A DNA stretch of 64,000 nt from Podarcis liolepis. Its lineage: Eukaryota. The translations under genes and the position numbers were made by a program. Of this stretch, positions 12,301-22,793 are shown one piece after another. Positions within the stretch are counted from its first letter, which is position 1; each line of letters opens with the position of its first letter. A model generated the notes under the pieces. That model was not told the DNA's origin, did no database searches, and saw nothing but the letters and a program-made list of their open reading frames with translations. Location: assembly GCA_965112155.1 (NCBI GenBank), contig OZ218099.1. The stretch is one strand, 5' to 3'.

Positions 12301-15300
12301 ATGCTGCCATTTGATTCCCCTGGACCGTCTCTTGTTTATGGTGTGCCTGCTGCTGCTGCTGCTCTCCATGTCTGGGCCTTGTATATGTAACTCAGGCTGG
12401 GATTCCTTTCTAGGCTTCGCACAAAGTCACAGTCAGCAGCACAGAAATGGATCTGCCTCTGACTGTGACCCAGCGGATGTCCCCTCGGCTGACGACCCTC
12501 GACCCTTTGCAGTTTGCAATGGAGCAGAATCTGCCTGCCTTTACGTCCTACGTTGAGGCTGAGCGGGTGAACAGGTTTCTCCTTTTTGTTGGGATGAATG
12601 GTAGGTTTGGAGAGATTCAATGGACATGAATGGGAAAAGTGCCCACCAGAGAGCTTAGAGGCAAACCACTAGTGACCGCTGCTGCAGATTCCTGGCATTT
12701 ATATTCCAGTTCCTTCTGCACCATTTTACCCTAGGCTATACAACCTCCAGTTTTATTTTAGGAATGCACCAAATCAAAACATTTTCAGCATGAAAATTAT
12801 GCTTCCAAGGGGACTGAAATGGTACATACACACCAGCCAACAGCATATATTTGTTAACAGATATTTTGCTGCTTCACTGCCATTTTCCCAAACCCTTTGG
12901 AGAGCTTATTTCCTAGTCGTTATGTGATCCCAGCCAATCAGGATTCACGTAGGGATGATAAATGGTGTCAAATAGGCAATCGGCTGTGGCTACAATGGTA
13001 AAATCAAGAAGGGCAAATGAAGCCACATTGCCTTTGTTCTGAATGCTGAACCCATGGAAGAGAACAGGAAGGCATGCCATATTATGTCAGAATGTGCAGA
13101 CCTTTTACTTGGGTAACAGAAGGAATAGATATGGGGTTGCCAACGTTCTTGGGCCCATGGGCAAGTCTGCAACAGAGAAATTGTTGTGAGTACCCTGCCC
13201 TCTCCTGCAACCTATTCTATGGGCTCCAATAGAATGCTTCTTCTGAGCCTAATTTCAGTGCTGGGAGGGGAGGGTACCCTGCAGACTGTAAGAGAAGGCC
13301 TCTGTGAGCTGGGCACATGTGTTCCTTTGGGGCCACACTGGTGATGCTTGGAATAGATCATATTCTGATTAACAGCAGCAGCGTATAAGGCATATGATTG
13401 CATCACACCCACACACCTGTATTTCCTTTGTAGGGGCCACACCTCCTCTAGAAGAGCCAACACTCTTTTGGCCCATATTTTTGCATCCTCCCAGTTTCAC
13501 AGCCTCTCAACAGCACTTTGCAGAAGCCAACACAGCTGGCTGGGAGGTGACAAGGCAAGACTTTGCGGGAGAGGATGGTTCCGTTACCTACCCACCGTCT
13601 ACAGCCAAAACAGAGGGGACAGAATCTATCTTGTGTCTTGGGGACCAGAAGCCTATTCTTGAAAACCAGGACACTCAGAGCGTGAGTAGCCAAGGATGAC
13701 ATCTCCAGATGGACAGAGGGAATCTATTTCCTACAGTGCCATTTCATGTGGATGTGGATGGGCGGGTATTCTCTTGTCATTGTACATCAATACCGCTCCA
13801 CAGACCTGTTTTTCTCCTGCAGGTCTCCTGTATTTCACCTTCTCCAACCCAGATATCTCCCTCAGAAGCTGCAACGGCCTTTCAGGATCCCCACCTTCAC
13901 CTTGGCAATGCCCTCCTTAACCTAGAGCTCTACAACACAGAGGCTTTTGCCAAGCAACTTGGACCTTTTGTCGTCTCAGCCAACAGCCTCGTCTTTGTGG
14001 AGGTAAAGCGGACGAGGAATATGCAAGAGCTGGCATTGGATGCAGCAGTTACACACCAGAATCTTGTCCCTAAGTGATTCCTCCTCTGTCCAGAGATCTG
14101 GTGGTTTGCAGCACTCCCTGTCTCTCTCAGAGCCTCAAACAGGGCAGTTGACCTGCTTGTTGCTTTATGGGGGGTGATAAACTTACACTGCAGCTCTCAA
14201 AGGGATGAAGTAAGAGGGGTGATTTGCCACCACGTTTTAGCAGCTTAGAATGGCAACATGCATCCCAGGGAAGCAAAACATGCATCTGTAAGCAAAAGAG
14301 CAAGGAATAGACTAGGCAGATTTCATACTGAGGCCCAATTCAAGGCCCAACTTTATGGTTGGTTGGCAATGAAAAAATAGGTATAAAAAGAGAATTCCTG
14401 GATGCCAAGAACCAGGTCTGGGGCAAGTATTCTTTGGTGAGAGAACCCCAGCAGAAATTTAAAATAACAAACACCTAGCAAAGTAAAGCGTGGAAATATA
14501 GGTTGTCATTCTTAGAATATAACTTTCTAAGTTCCTTCCAAAATTCCCCTCTTCTCTTAGCATAGAAAATACCATGTGTGGGGCAAGTTAAAAATGGTTT
14601 ACTTACAAACTCTCCAAAGATCAGATTCATGTGCTTTTCAATGCAGCATTCAGAAAACGTCAGCAGCAAAACTTGCACTTGTGTTTGCAGACTAGATGGT
14701 GTTTCCTTTTTCCTCCAGGCTTCCTTGGCAACCTATGACTCGTCTCTCAGCTTCACCATCCAGAAGTGCTTCATCTCTAGCTCCTCAGATGCTTCAGAGA
14801 CCTCGGTGTATCTGCTGGTCCAGCATGGCTGTCCCGTGGCTGCCGCCCAAGTCAGGCTGTGGAAACCCAAGCTGCCAGGCCAGGCCCAGGCGTTGCCTCT
14901 GGGGTACCAGGAACGCCAGCGACTGAGCTTTGTGTTGAAACCCCGGTCCAATGCCTCCATCCACTTCTTGCACTGCCGTCTGAGCCTCTGCAGCAGGGGG
15001 TCTCAGGACTCCGCCAGACCCAAGGGCGCAATCCCCAAGGTCTCTGGCTCCCTGGGCTAGGGAACCCTGTCTTCTAGCAGCTGTCTGAGGGCCTGATAGC
15101 GCTACTGCTTCAGAATAGGCTCTCCTGATTGGGGATGCTTAGGGAGGAAACTGATATGCCACAGCAAGCTCTCCACATGGCCCAGAGGTAGCCAAAATGG
15201 TGCCCTCTGCTCGATGATGACACTGGCTTCATAATTCCCAGCACCTCAGCTAGCATGGCCATTGGCCAGGGGTGATGAAAATTGTAGTCAATTGGTATCT

Positions 15301-18300
15301 AGGGGGGCACCATGTTGGTTACCCCTTAGCTTATTATTACTGCCTCCTCTGAATGGCAGTATCCCTCAAGTGTTTCAAGCAGAGGTCTTTCCTTTGATAT
15401 GTTTGGCTGGGGGCCCCTCTGTGTGCTTTGCCCCTCAGCTATGACTGGCCCCTTCCAGAAATCCTTGGTCCATCTCTGCTTTGAGGGTGGAAGGCCTCTT
15501 TATTCCAAAAGATGGAATCAAGAGGAAAGCGAAACCCCTTGGAGGGGTGGAAACCCTCTGGAATGGGCCTGTGCAAAAGAGCCTCCCTGTTAGCTGTAGA
15601 AATGAGCTGGCTGGGCTTATGGAGAAGCAGGTGGGATGTAACTAGGCCAAGGCCTACCTCCCACTGTTGGGATGAGGCACTCTTCTGAGGCAGGTTTTTG
15701 TTTCAGTGTCGGTCTGAGAACGAGGCCTGCAGCGGAGAAGAGGAGGCGGTCCCAAGCCGCTTCCAGCGCACCATCACAAAGCCTATGCTAGTGACTGTGG
15801 AGACTCCGCTCCGAGCTGCCTTTCCTGGCCCGAAACCAGGTACTTTCCTGTGGGTTCTAGATAGCAGCTAGAAGAGAGTTGTTGGCTTGAAGGCCTTGCA
15901 GTTCAGCACCCTGGCTCCATGCTGGAGAGAACTGCCCTGCAGAGTGAGTGAGGAACTGAAAGAAACGGATGGGGGAGTCCTGCTTGCTAGGGAGATGGAA
16001 GCGTCTTGGTGTGCATCTCTCCAGAGCAGAGGTGGTGGACCTGTAGCCCTCTAGATATTCTTGGACTCCAGCTCCCATCACCTCAAGCCAGCATGGCCAA
16101 TGGCAAGGGATGATGGGGCTTGTAGTTCACCAGCATCTCCTACCCAGGAGATTGATGCCTTGGCTCTCACCATGCTACAAGCTCAGACTTTGCCAATGAC
16201 ATCTTACATGTTCATCCTGAGTGAAGCAAAGTAGCAATGATGGGCAGAGTTATGCACTCATTCCTTTTCTCCCCCTTGCCACCCGGAGGCTATTTTCTTC
16301 AGACACTCCCTCAGATTATCTGTTCCTTCCTTGACTTTGGTGTCTTTTTCTGCAGCTAATGTCCCAGACAAACAGCAAGGAAAAGCACCAAAGGATGCAG
16401 CCCACAAGCGGAAGACTCAGGTAGTCCGAAGTAAGTAAACATCCCCATGATCTCTTGCTGGCCTTGTTTCCCGGGGATTTGGGGACTGAAATCAGTTTTA
16501 GACTGGGATTCTACTCCTGGCTCTGGGGGGGGGGGGAGTGGAGTTGAGGATTCCTGCTGCTGTGGGTTGGAGCAAGAACTCTGATCCTCAGACTTTTTCA
16601 TTCTGTATTACCCCATTTCTGGCCCTGGCCCATCTCCCCTTCCTGGACAGAGAGTGAGAATGAATTTTCGTGCTCTTTCTCCACACATCCTCCCCATTTC
16701 CCGCTTCTCTATAGCTGCAGCTACGCCAGGCCAGACGGTCCCTGCAGTAATTGGGATAGCTATTGCAGCCTTCCTCATCGGCATCTGCCTCACTATTGGG
16801 CTCTGGCTCATTTACACCTATACAGGTGGGTATGAGGAGGCTCCCCTCAGTGCTGTAGGTACCACCTATTTTACTTGAATGATTGATTTTTGGCAAAGCC
16901 TGGGGGAGCACACCTTAGCATTTCTGTAAAGGTAGACTGGGCCTCATGTCCGAGATGGGAAAACTCCAAATTATAGATCATGACACCTTTCATCAACCTA
17001 TTGCCTTCCAGCTGTTTTGGATTTTAGCTCTCATCACTAGCCAGCCATGCTTGCTGGGCCTGGACCAGGAGTTGTTCTCCCAAGCATCTGGAGGGCACCA
17101 GGTTGGGGCTGGTTGGCTTCTGCCAACTGTCTGCCTCCATCTCTTCCGTCAGAGACAGAATATGCATTATTCAGTCACATGTACACAGGTTGAGTTACAG
17201 TAGGGCATGGATCTTGGGGTGGAAGCTGGCAGCCAAATGATCCCCATTGCAGTTGGTTTCTAGGAAGGATCATGACCCTTAGGCGATCGAAGATGCAGCA
17301 GCTGAAATACATATTGGAATCAATGTTACAAAAAAGTCTGGAGGGGATTATGTGTCTGGGAAATTTGCATCATTATTCATATTGGTCTGCCTTTGCACAG
17401 TTGTACTTGTCCACCCATCCACCATGGAAAAAAGAAATAGAAACAGAACAAATAGGATGATAAAAAGGCCAGACAGTCAAAGGAGGAAAGTAAAGGTCAG
17501 AGGGGAGGGAGAGGGATTTATGTGCACATCCATGATATTGATCCCCGTCTGCTTTTTATTTCTGGTTATTTTTTATTATTAGACAGTGCACATGCATTTT
17601 CACACCTTTCTCTGAAATGAGGCGGTCTGAACAAAGCTTTAATTACTAAATTTTAATGCCAGCCTTGAACTCGTAGGTGAGTCGGCTTCCGGGAGGAGGA
17701 GCCAGCCTGCAGCTGAGACAGGTAAGGTGACACATTGGCTTTTGAGAAATCCTTCATTTGAGCAGAGGCTTTGATTCTGCACTCATTTCCATCTCTGGCT
17801 GTGAATGGAATCAGTGGTGCACGCTTATATTAACTTTTAATTATTTTTCAATGTTTAATTATTTCAAACTGGTTCTTTAATTGATAATTTCAACATTATA
17901 AGCACCTTAGATGTTTGACTACAACTAAGCAGTATACAAAATTTGTTAAATAATAATGAATGCATATTGCATGGGTGTCCAGTTCAGCAACCACAGGCAC
18001 ATATGCACCTTGAGACCTTCCTGGTGCCTGCAAGTCCCCTTCCCTCTGCTGAATAAGGCTTCCAAAAAGTCACCTATTGTAGCTAATATAAGGCAGGGAG
18101 AGTTATCTTCCAGCTATACCTGGAGATGCTGGTGAACTGAACCTGGGACCTTCTGCATACACCTGGACTCGTTTGAAGCATCCATAATGCAAATGCACTT
18201 GGAGTGGGCAGAGCCAGGAATTCAACTAAGCTGTCCTTACTACAGCAGGTTGCTGTATGCAAGAGAGCCAGTTCATTGCCTCCAGGATTAGCCAGTTTTA

Positions 18301-20197
18301 AATATACCCAAGCTAGGGCAGTTTTGCTTCATCTCAATACTTAAAAGTGGAACATTATAAATATGCTAAGGCTTGGAGAAGCTAACATATGCAAATAGGA
18401 AGAGGGTGCATTTGCTTACCTCTGGAAGGGGGTTAGTGTGGTGGTGAGATGGATGGTTGCAGTGCAGTTGGGGGCGGGTGGGGGGCACTGCTGCATTTTC
18501 TTTCTTCCTCCTGCTAGACCCTGTAGGACCATCTGCTCCAAAGCGTGAAGACACTTTGTCAGCTCCAGCTGCAGCTGGCCCTGCACGTCGCACGTGGTGC
18601 TCTACCCTAAGAAGCCTCTACCGAAGAAGGTAACTAGATTTCAAAAAGTTCATGGGAGGAATGAATTTGGAGAATTGGAAGGGGATTATTTATTGACTTG
18701 GATCCTTTGTGCCCCCTGCATTTCCAGAGTTTGCCTCTGCAAATATGCAGGCTTATACAAGTAGCGTGGTGATGTTTTTGAGTGATTTTTGTTGATAATA
18801 ATAATACAATAATTTATTATTTATGCCCTGCCCAACGGCTGGGTTTTCCCAGCCACTCTGGGCTGCTTCCATCAAAATATTAAAATACAATAGTCCTTCA
18901 GATATTAAAAGCTTCCCTAAACAGGGCTGCCTTCAGATGTCTCCTAAAAGTCTGGTAGTTGTTTTTTCCTTTGACATCTGGTGGGACAGTATTCCACAGG
19001 GTGGGAGCCATTACCGAGAAGGCCCTTTACCTGGTTCCCTGTAACTTTGCTTCTTGCAGTGAGGGAACCGCCAGAAGGCCCTCGGCGCTGGAGCTCAGTG
19101 TCTGGGCAGAATGACGGGGGTGGAGCCACTGGACCAAGGCTGCTTAGGGCTTTAAAGGTCAGCACCAACACTTTGAATTGTGCTCGGAAATGTACTGGGA
19201 GCCAATGTAGGTTTTTCAAGACTAGTGGTATGTGGTCTCAGCAGCTGCTCCCAGTCATCAGTCTAGCTGCCGCATTCTGGATTAGTTGTAGTTTCTGGGT
19301 CACCTTCAAAGATAGTCCCATGTAGAGCGCATTGCAGTAGTCCAAGCGGGAGATAACTAGAGCATGCACCACTCTGGTGAGACAGTCTGCAGGTAGAAAG
19401 GGTCTCAGCCTGCATACCAGATGGAGCTGGTAAACAGCTACCCTGGACACAGAATTGACCTGCGCCTCCATGGACAGCTGTGAGTCCAAAATGACTCCCA
19501 GGCTGCACACCTGGTCCTTCAGGGGCACAGTTACCCCCATTCAGGACCAGGGAGTCCTCCATGCCTGCCTGCCCCCTGTCCCCCCAAAACAGTACTTCTG
19601 TCTTGTCAGGATTCAACCCCAATCTGTTAGCCATCATCCAATCTCCAACCGCCTCCAGACATTCACACAGGACCTTCACTGCCTTCACTGGCTCTGATTT
19701 GAAAGAGAGATAGAGCTTTCAGCACATTTATTTTAACTTTTAATGGACTTTTGTTGCATATTGTACTTTGTTGTCTCTGCAACTCACTTTGGGACTTGAA
19801 GCAATACACCAGTTGAATAGATGGAATTGTTCATGGGATGCATTCCATGTCTAACTGAGAGATGGAAGTCAAAACTAGTAGGGATTTTGTATTTGAAACT
19901 GGTCCTTTTGTTGTTCGTCCCATATTAGCATTCACAAATGAGATACTCCAGACCGAATGGAAGGAAATTTTTTAGGGTCAGTTATAAAAACATGCCTCTG
20001 CAGCTTTAAACACTGCAACTGTTAGCTGATGAGTCTGTGATGGTAGCACAATAACAAATATGTAAAATGTTTGCTGGACGAGAGAGGAATGGGGAGCTTG
20101 GGTCCATAATAGGTTGTCAAGAGAGGCAGGCAAAGAAGGGCCAGTGGGGAAGTCTAGCCTGTCATCCGCACTGATTTATCTATCTTATAGGTTCTAG
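5795..20197 (+). CDS. TGFBR3L: TGF-beta receptor type III-like protein (betaglycan/endoglin family), whole spliced CDS span, ~755-760 aa: signal peptide, orphan domain, linker/vestigial ZP-N, ZP-C, TM, short tail
   Basis: About 16 phase-compatible exons whose peptides align colinearly with TGFBR3 motifs (GCTSRG..EVHVI, LLKWARREHGGVTS, NFL, LILILK, TSY..RVNRF, LELYNT, six-Cys ZP-C, TKP EHP, TM IGIAIAAFLIG). It neighbours EVI5L, as TGFBR3L does at human 19p13.2. The symbol is inferred from synteny plus divergence from TGFBR3. Confidence 0.82.
6235..6617 (+). mobile_element. Sauria SINE, full length
   Basis: GGGACG head with tRNA-like A/B boxes, (ACCTTT)n tail, TSD tactaggggttt. Confidence 0.9.
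7131..7480 (+). mobile_element. Sauria SINE, full length, second subfamily
   Basis: Same head and core, cctttacctt tail, TSD tacagctctctgt. Confidence 0.9.
8860..9032 (+). CDS. TGFBR3L: TGFBR3L coding exon 2, start of orphan domain
   Basis: ctgcag acceptor and CAG|GTATGG donor; CLPMSASTPHPVLGFWESLRKGNGCTSRG..QEVHVISL resembles TGFBR3 CELSPVSASHPVQALMES..GCASRG..QEVHVLNL. Confidence 0.9.
9180..9378 (+). mobile_element. L2-type LINE 3' fragment with expanded (TTA)n tail (9323-9378)
   Basis: Matches the 3'UTR of the 18795 element (gccgcccagagtggctggggaa); similar remnants at about 32835-32890 and 34855-35005. Confidence 0.8.
9581..9700 (+). CDS. TGFBR3L: TGFBR3L coding exon 3, orphan domain
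   Basis: tttcag acceptor, CAG|GTGAGA donor, 120 nt, phase 0-0; VTL..IFVLYSQKPVRW resembles VTL..VFLLNSPHPLVW. Confidence 0.88.
9860..10030 (-). mobile_element. MIR/CORE-SINE remnant
   Basis: cccattttacagatgggggaaattgaggctgag..acttgaacccagatctcc core motif. Confidence 0.6.
10129..10312 (+). CDS. TGFBR3L: TGFBR3L coding exon 4, orphan domain; ends at 10312 (GT donor) or 10297 (GC donor)
   Basis: VSPGS..LLKWARREHGGVTSLAEYRGVNRIYTRLG resembles VSEGS..LLNWARKEYGAVTSFTELKIARNIYIKVG; both donors are phase 1. Confidence 0.88.
10769..10928 (+). CDS. TGFBR3L: TGFBR3L coding exon 5, orphan domain
   Basis: ttctccag acceptor, AG|GTGCGT donor; DRIAPATCRLSRNFL..C..EVHII resembles DQVFPPKCNIGKNFL..C..EVHII. 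Confidence 0.9.
11497..11638 (+). CDS. TGFBR3L: TGFBR3L coding exon 6, orphan domain
   Basis: Phase 2-0; GLILILKSEGAAEWMV resembles NLILILKCKKSVNWVI. Confidence 0.88.
11765..11990 (+). mobile_element. Tc1/mariner-type MITE, family A
   Basis: TIRs CAGTGGTACCTC..GAGGTACCACTG with TA TSD; homologous to 45293-45518. Confidence 0.88.
12414..12600 (+). CDS. TGFBR3L: TGFBR3L coding exon 7, end of orphan domain
   Basis: Phase 0-1; FTSYVEAERVNRFLL resembles ITSYTMAPVANRFHL. Confidence 0.88.
13434..13681 (+). CDS. TGFBR3L: TGFBR3L coding exon 8, linker plus first strand remnant of ZP-N
   Basis: ttgtag acceptor, AGC|GTGAGT donor, open frame in phase 1-0 that bridges exons 7 and 9; ends ESILCLGDQKPILENQDTQS. 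Confidence 0.75.
13823..14002 (+). CDS. TGFBR3L: TGFBR3L coding exon 9, start of ZP-C
   Basis: VSC..GNALLNLELYNTEAF..ANSLVFVE resembles FNC..GNITFNMELYNTDLF..ENGHVYVE; GAG|GTAAAG donor. Confidence 0.9.
14719..15039 (+). CDS. TGFBR3L: TGFBR3L coding exon 10, ZP-C core
   Basis: FTIQKCFIS..HGCP..RLSFVLKP..FLHCRLSLCS..IPK resembles FAIQTCFIS..ICP..RFSFVFKP..FLQCELTLCT..LPK; 321 nt. Confidence 0.92.
15707..15839 (+). CDS. TGFBR3L: TGFBR3L coding exon 11, ZP-C end and EHP
   Basis: CRSENEAC..RTITKPMLV resembles CVPPDEAC..KTFTKPLAV; phase 0-1. Confidence 0.88.
16356..16430 (+). CDS. TGFBR3L: TGFBR3L coding exon 12, basic juxtamembrane stalk
   Basis: Strong acceptor tctttttctgcag, GAA|GTAAGT donor, 75 nt in phase 1-1 with no stop. 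Confidence 0.7.
16715..16825 (+). CDS. TGFBR3L: TGFBR3L coding exon 13, transmembrane helix
   Basis: VIGIAIAAFLIGICLTIGLWLIYTYTG resembles the TGFBR3/ENG [29 protein letters not shown]; alternative acceptor at 16721. Confidence 0.92.
17677..17721 (+). CDS. TGFBR3L: TGFBR3L coding exon 14, cytoplasmic (GESASGRRSQPAAET)
   Basis: cgtag acceptor, CAG|GTAAGG donor, phase 1-1; resembles TGFBR3 GETAGRQQVP. Confidence 0.7.
18518..18629 (+). CDS. TGFBR3L: TGFBR3L coding exon 15, cytoplasmic tail; if the donor is not used, TAA at 18631-18633 ends the protein
   Basis: Strong pyrimidine tract plus ctag, open in phase 1, AAG|GTAACT donor. Confidence 0.55.
18795..19717 (-). mobile_element. 5'-truncated L2-type LINE (RT C-terminus plus 3'UTR, frameshifted)
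   Basis: LNPDKTEVL, LGVILDSQL, SRLDYCNAL..LQLIQNAAARL and LHWLP..FKVLVLTFKAL across three frames; (TTA)-rich tail. Confidence 0.9.
20191..20197 (+). CDS. TGFBR3L: Probable TGFBR3L terminal exon start (..RF*), followed by 3'UTR
   Basis: tatcttatag acceptor fits phase 2; TAG at 20195-20197; candidate ATTAAA poly(A) signal at 20869-20874. Confidence 0.4.
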
Positions 20198-21332
20198 GAT
20201 GTTTTTCCTGTGACCAAGCACCTGTTTCGGTGAATCCGCTTGCATTCCCCTGTACCAGCAACTCTTTCAGGCCACAACATCTTTATGGCTTCAGTCCAGC
20301 AGCACAACCGATTCTGAATCAATACCTTTCGACACTGGAAAACTTCAGACTTTAAGCTTTAGCTTAAATAAGCAATTGTGTTTTCTGGCAGTTGTATGGG
20401 ATTTTCATTGCTTTGGGTAGCTGCCTGGAGAGAGCTGTGCTGCTTCTTCATTGAGTTTTGCTCTTCGTTTCTGCACTGCTAAGTGTGGACTAAAAGGCAA
20501 ACTCAGGCTGAAATCTTCGCAGAATGTTTGCACTACTGCCCCTCATCTTTGGGGAAGCTGTTAGCTACCATTGTGGCCTTGCAATCGCTCTTAGGCCTGC
20601 TTCAGCACTTTGGGAGAAGAGAACCATCGTTGCATTTGGCTGACATTGCCATTGGGGATTTGGTTGTTGCTTCCTATCTGACTATAGTAATACCTTGTAC
20701 TCTCTTTGTAGGAATGTTATTTTGGGATATAAATGGTAGTTTTCATGCCATTGCCCAGCTTCACAAGGAAACAAAGCTGATTGCTCCACAAAATGATTCA
20801 AATTCTGAAACCTTTTGGGTCTTTTTTTTTAGTTAACCACCTTGCAAATGATAAGTTTCTCCAGTTTTATTAAACAGATGTGCAAGAGAGTTGCTGAGGC
20901 TCTTTCAATAGGCAGTCAAGTGCCCCCATTGCCTTTAAACACCACTTGTTCCCTGCTTTGTCTACAGAAGCCTGATTCAATAGGATAGACAACTGGAAAG
21001 TATGTACTTGAGAATTTGGCTGGAGACAGAGTAAACAGCCTCTAAATCTTGTGTGTGATCATAAGTGTGGAGAGAAAAGGTGAATGTTGCTTTTGGTATA
21101 TTTTCTTCAACAAATACAGAAATAGCATGCAATCAATTCCACCCATAAACTGTGCTATTGTGGGGAAGGAAATGCTGTATTTTGGGCAGGGATGGTGAAC
21201 ATGTGATCCTGCTGGACTCCAACTCCCATCTCCTCCAGCACCGGTTACACGGACTGGGGTTGGTAGGAGTTGGGAGTCCAACCTCCCTGATGTTGCCAGA
21301 GATTTTGCATGAGGCTTGGGAGTCTTGTGTCA

Positions 21333-21591
21333 CCGTATTTCGCGCTCTATAAGACGCACCAGACCATAAGACGCACCTAGTTTTTGGAGGAGGAAAACAA
21401 GATAAAAAATATTCTGAATCTCAGAAGCCAGAACAACAAGAGGGATTGCTGCGCAGCGAAAGCAGCAATCCCTCTTGCTGTTCTGGCTTCTGGGATAGCT
21501 GCGCAGCCTGCATTCGCTTCATCAGATGCACACACATTTCCTCTTACTTTTTAGGAGGGAAAAAGTGAGTCTTATAGAGCAAAAAACACGG
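21333..21591 (+). mobile_element. Mariner/Tigger-like MITE (CCGTATTT..ATACGG type)
   Basis: TIR-like ends and TATAAGACGCACC repeats; homologous to 33667-33925. Confidence 0.8.
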
Positions 21592-21866
21592 TACTTCAGG
21601 AAAGAGCCATTGCTTGTATTGCAGAGCTTTCAGCCTGATATGCTGTCATGTTTGTAAGTTTTGTGAATTAGGTGGATACCATGATCTAGGCCTCCACGCA
21701 GCAAATGTAACCCAGAACTCCCACATGGGCAGGTAGTACAAGTCTTTTGTAGAGGAAACTATGCGCTGGGCACCCACCCAATGCACGCAGGTGTGGTTTT
21801 CTCAGTGACTAACACCCACCATCACCACTGAAGTCGGAGACAGAATTATTAAGACAGTGTAAATAG

Positions 21867-21872
21867 TTTATT
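21867..21872 (-). terminator. Probable EVI5L poly(A) signal (AATAAA), implying a 3'UTR of about 6.4 kb (about 21850-28242)
   Basis: On the minus strand TGTACAAAATAATATCTGTAC (UGUA elements) precedes AATAAA; the interval up to the stop codon is largely free of TEs. Confidence 0.6.
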
Positions 21873-22793
21873 TCGTCGTTTTTTTGAAAGTACAGATATT
21901 ATTTTGTACAGCAGTATTTGTTTTAAAATGGGTGTGGGCTGAAAAGAATGGCAGTTTATATTCTGAGGAGCAGAGAAGGGACACTGGTACATAGTTACAC
22001 TAAACGCATGACTTGAGGAACAGTTGGGGGCTATGAGGAGAGAAAGTTTCCTTCCAACCTGGAAAGCCCTAACACTGCAATGTGCACATTCCCTTTGGAT
22101 AGATGCAGCTGTGGTACTGGAGCCGTGCAGAATACAGGGGCTTTCAACCACATAGTCATTTCATACTGTTCCACAGGATGGTATAAAATTGGAGCTGGAT
22201 TTTTAGCTAAAGGTGTGGCAAATGTGTACCACTACCTCCAATGCTGCTTTATATCAGCTGGGCAACTGCTCCCACTGGATTGGAGCAATTCTGGATTTTA
22301 AGGTGAACTTCAGAAACTACCACACAAACAGCAACAATATTTTACATTTTTTTTACGCACCCAGAAGAAGTCTTTCTTTGAAACAGTGGCGACATAGGGG
22401 TAGAAGGAGCATCAGACTCACTACAGAAAACCCTAAGATAGTAACCAACTTTTAACACGGTGGTGGTTGTTAATTATGACGTCTGCTAATACTTTTCAAT
22501 GCTGAAAAAGAGTGCAGTGCTCAAATAAAACTCCTCAGCTGTGCTACCTTCTTAGTTCACTGTTCCTTTCTTTTATGGACTACTAACCTGTCCGGATGCA
22601 TTGCTCCTCCTCATAGCAATGCCTGATGCAAAGTCACTCTGGTCAAGCTTAATTCTGGTGTGTGGGCATGTGTGTCGAGTCAGTGCAATAGGCCAGGTCC
22701 TAAGTGAGGTTGTATTACCAGCTCTCACAGAGATCATGAATGTGTGTGTGGGTTTAGTAGTTGTTGCAGATTGATGTAACATTCATTCTAAGG

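Noticed and set aside
18944-19688. Active reverse transcriptase gene
   Set aside because: 5'-truncated, frameshifted L2 remnant without the endonuclease or catalytic RT core.
5795-20197. Calling the plus-strand gene TGFBR3 or ENG
   Set aside because: It is too diverged from the normally well-conserved TGFBR3, lacks the ZP-N/GAG region and the STPCS tail shared by TGFBR3 and ENG, and is linked to EVI5L rather than EVI5.
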